64,000 nucleotides of DNA from Macrostomum lignano (taxonomy: Eukaryota): positions 186,001-250,000 of the forward strand of contig NIVC01000162.1 of the NCBI GenBank assembly GCA_002269645.1, given 5' to 3'. The position numbers were made by a program, and so were the translations under genes. Below, piece after piece: positions 63,745 to 64,000 of the stretch. Each line of letters opens with the position of its first letter. Position 1 is the first letter of the stretch. The notes under the pieces are model-generated. The model had not been told where the DNA came from, made no database searches, and saw nothing but the letters and a program-made list of their open reading frames with translations.

Positions 63745-64000
63745 CAGTTTCCCCTCCCTGAAGGACCGGAGGGAGGGGCAGTTTCCCTCCCTGAAGGACC
63801 GGAGGGAGGGGCAGTTTCCCTCCCTGAAGGAACGGAGGGAGGGGCAGTTTCCCTCCCTGAAGGAACGGAGGGAGGGGCAGTTTCCCTCCCTGAAGGAACG
63901 GAGGGACGGGCAGTTTCCCTCCCTGAAGGAACGGAGGGACGGGCAGTTTCCCTCCCTGAAGGAACGGAGGGAGGGGCAGTTTCCCTCCCTGAAGGATCGG
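63745..64000. repeat. 33-bp minisatellite (CAGTTTCCCTCCCTGAAGGAMCGGAGGGAGGGG)n, running off the window end
   Basis: Period 33 (63779, 63812, ...). Confidence 0.96.

Overview
This is eukaryotic (animal) genomic DNA with GT-AG spliced genes and very high tandem-repeat density. It resembles a repeat-rich invertebrate such as the flatworm Macrostomum, which is an inference only. Most long ORFs in the supplied track are artefacts of tandem repeats. Splice-phase-consistent gene models built by hand: (1) a partial type II membrane GT32/SUR1-like glycosyltransferase (-; 3074 to 1960); (2) a 12-exon secreted reprolysin/ADAMTS-like metzincin with an unusual HEIGHLIGMPDD zinc motif and three C-terminal ShKT domains (-; 16462 to 7760; about 684 aa); (3) a 2-exon muscarinic/histamine-like class A GPCR (-; 29377 to 25974); (4) a Gln-rich protein with five EEWTV(YET) motifs and alternative candidate last exons (+; 30453 to 38155); (5) a low-complexity Ser/Pro/Arg-rich multi-exon gene (-; 41428 to 38442); (6) a small 3+-exon gene (-; 49310 to 48414). 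Mobile elements: an intact, recent Ty3/Gypsy (Mag-like) LTR retrotransposon (17323-22028), a truncated intronic Gypsy with a tRNA-Leu PBS and a -1 slippery site (8639 to about 10250), a LINE with a twin-priming-type inversion (about 24033-25337), a TA-flanked MITE (25702-25898), and an 8.4-kb hierarchical satellite (52038-60430) inside a possible Helentron/DINE-like non-autonomous element. There is also a 2-kb tandem duplication and about 30 mini/microsatellite arrays. No rRNA, tRNA or CRISPR features were found.
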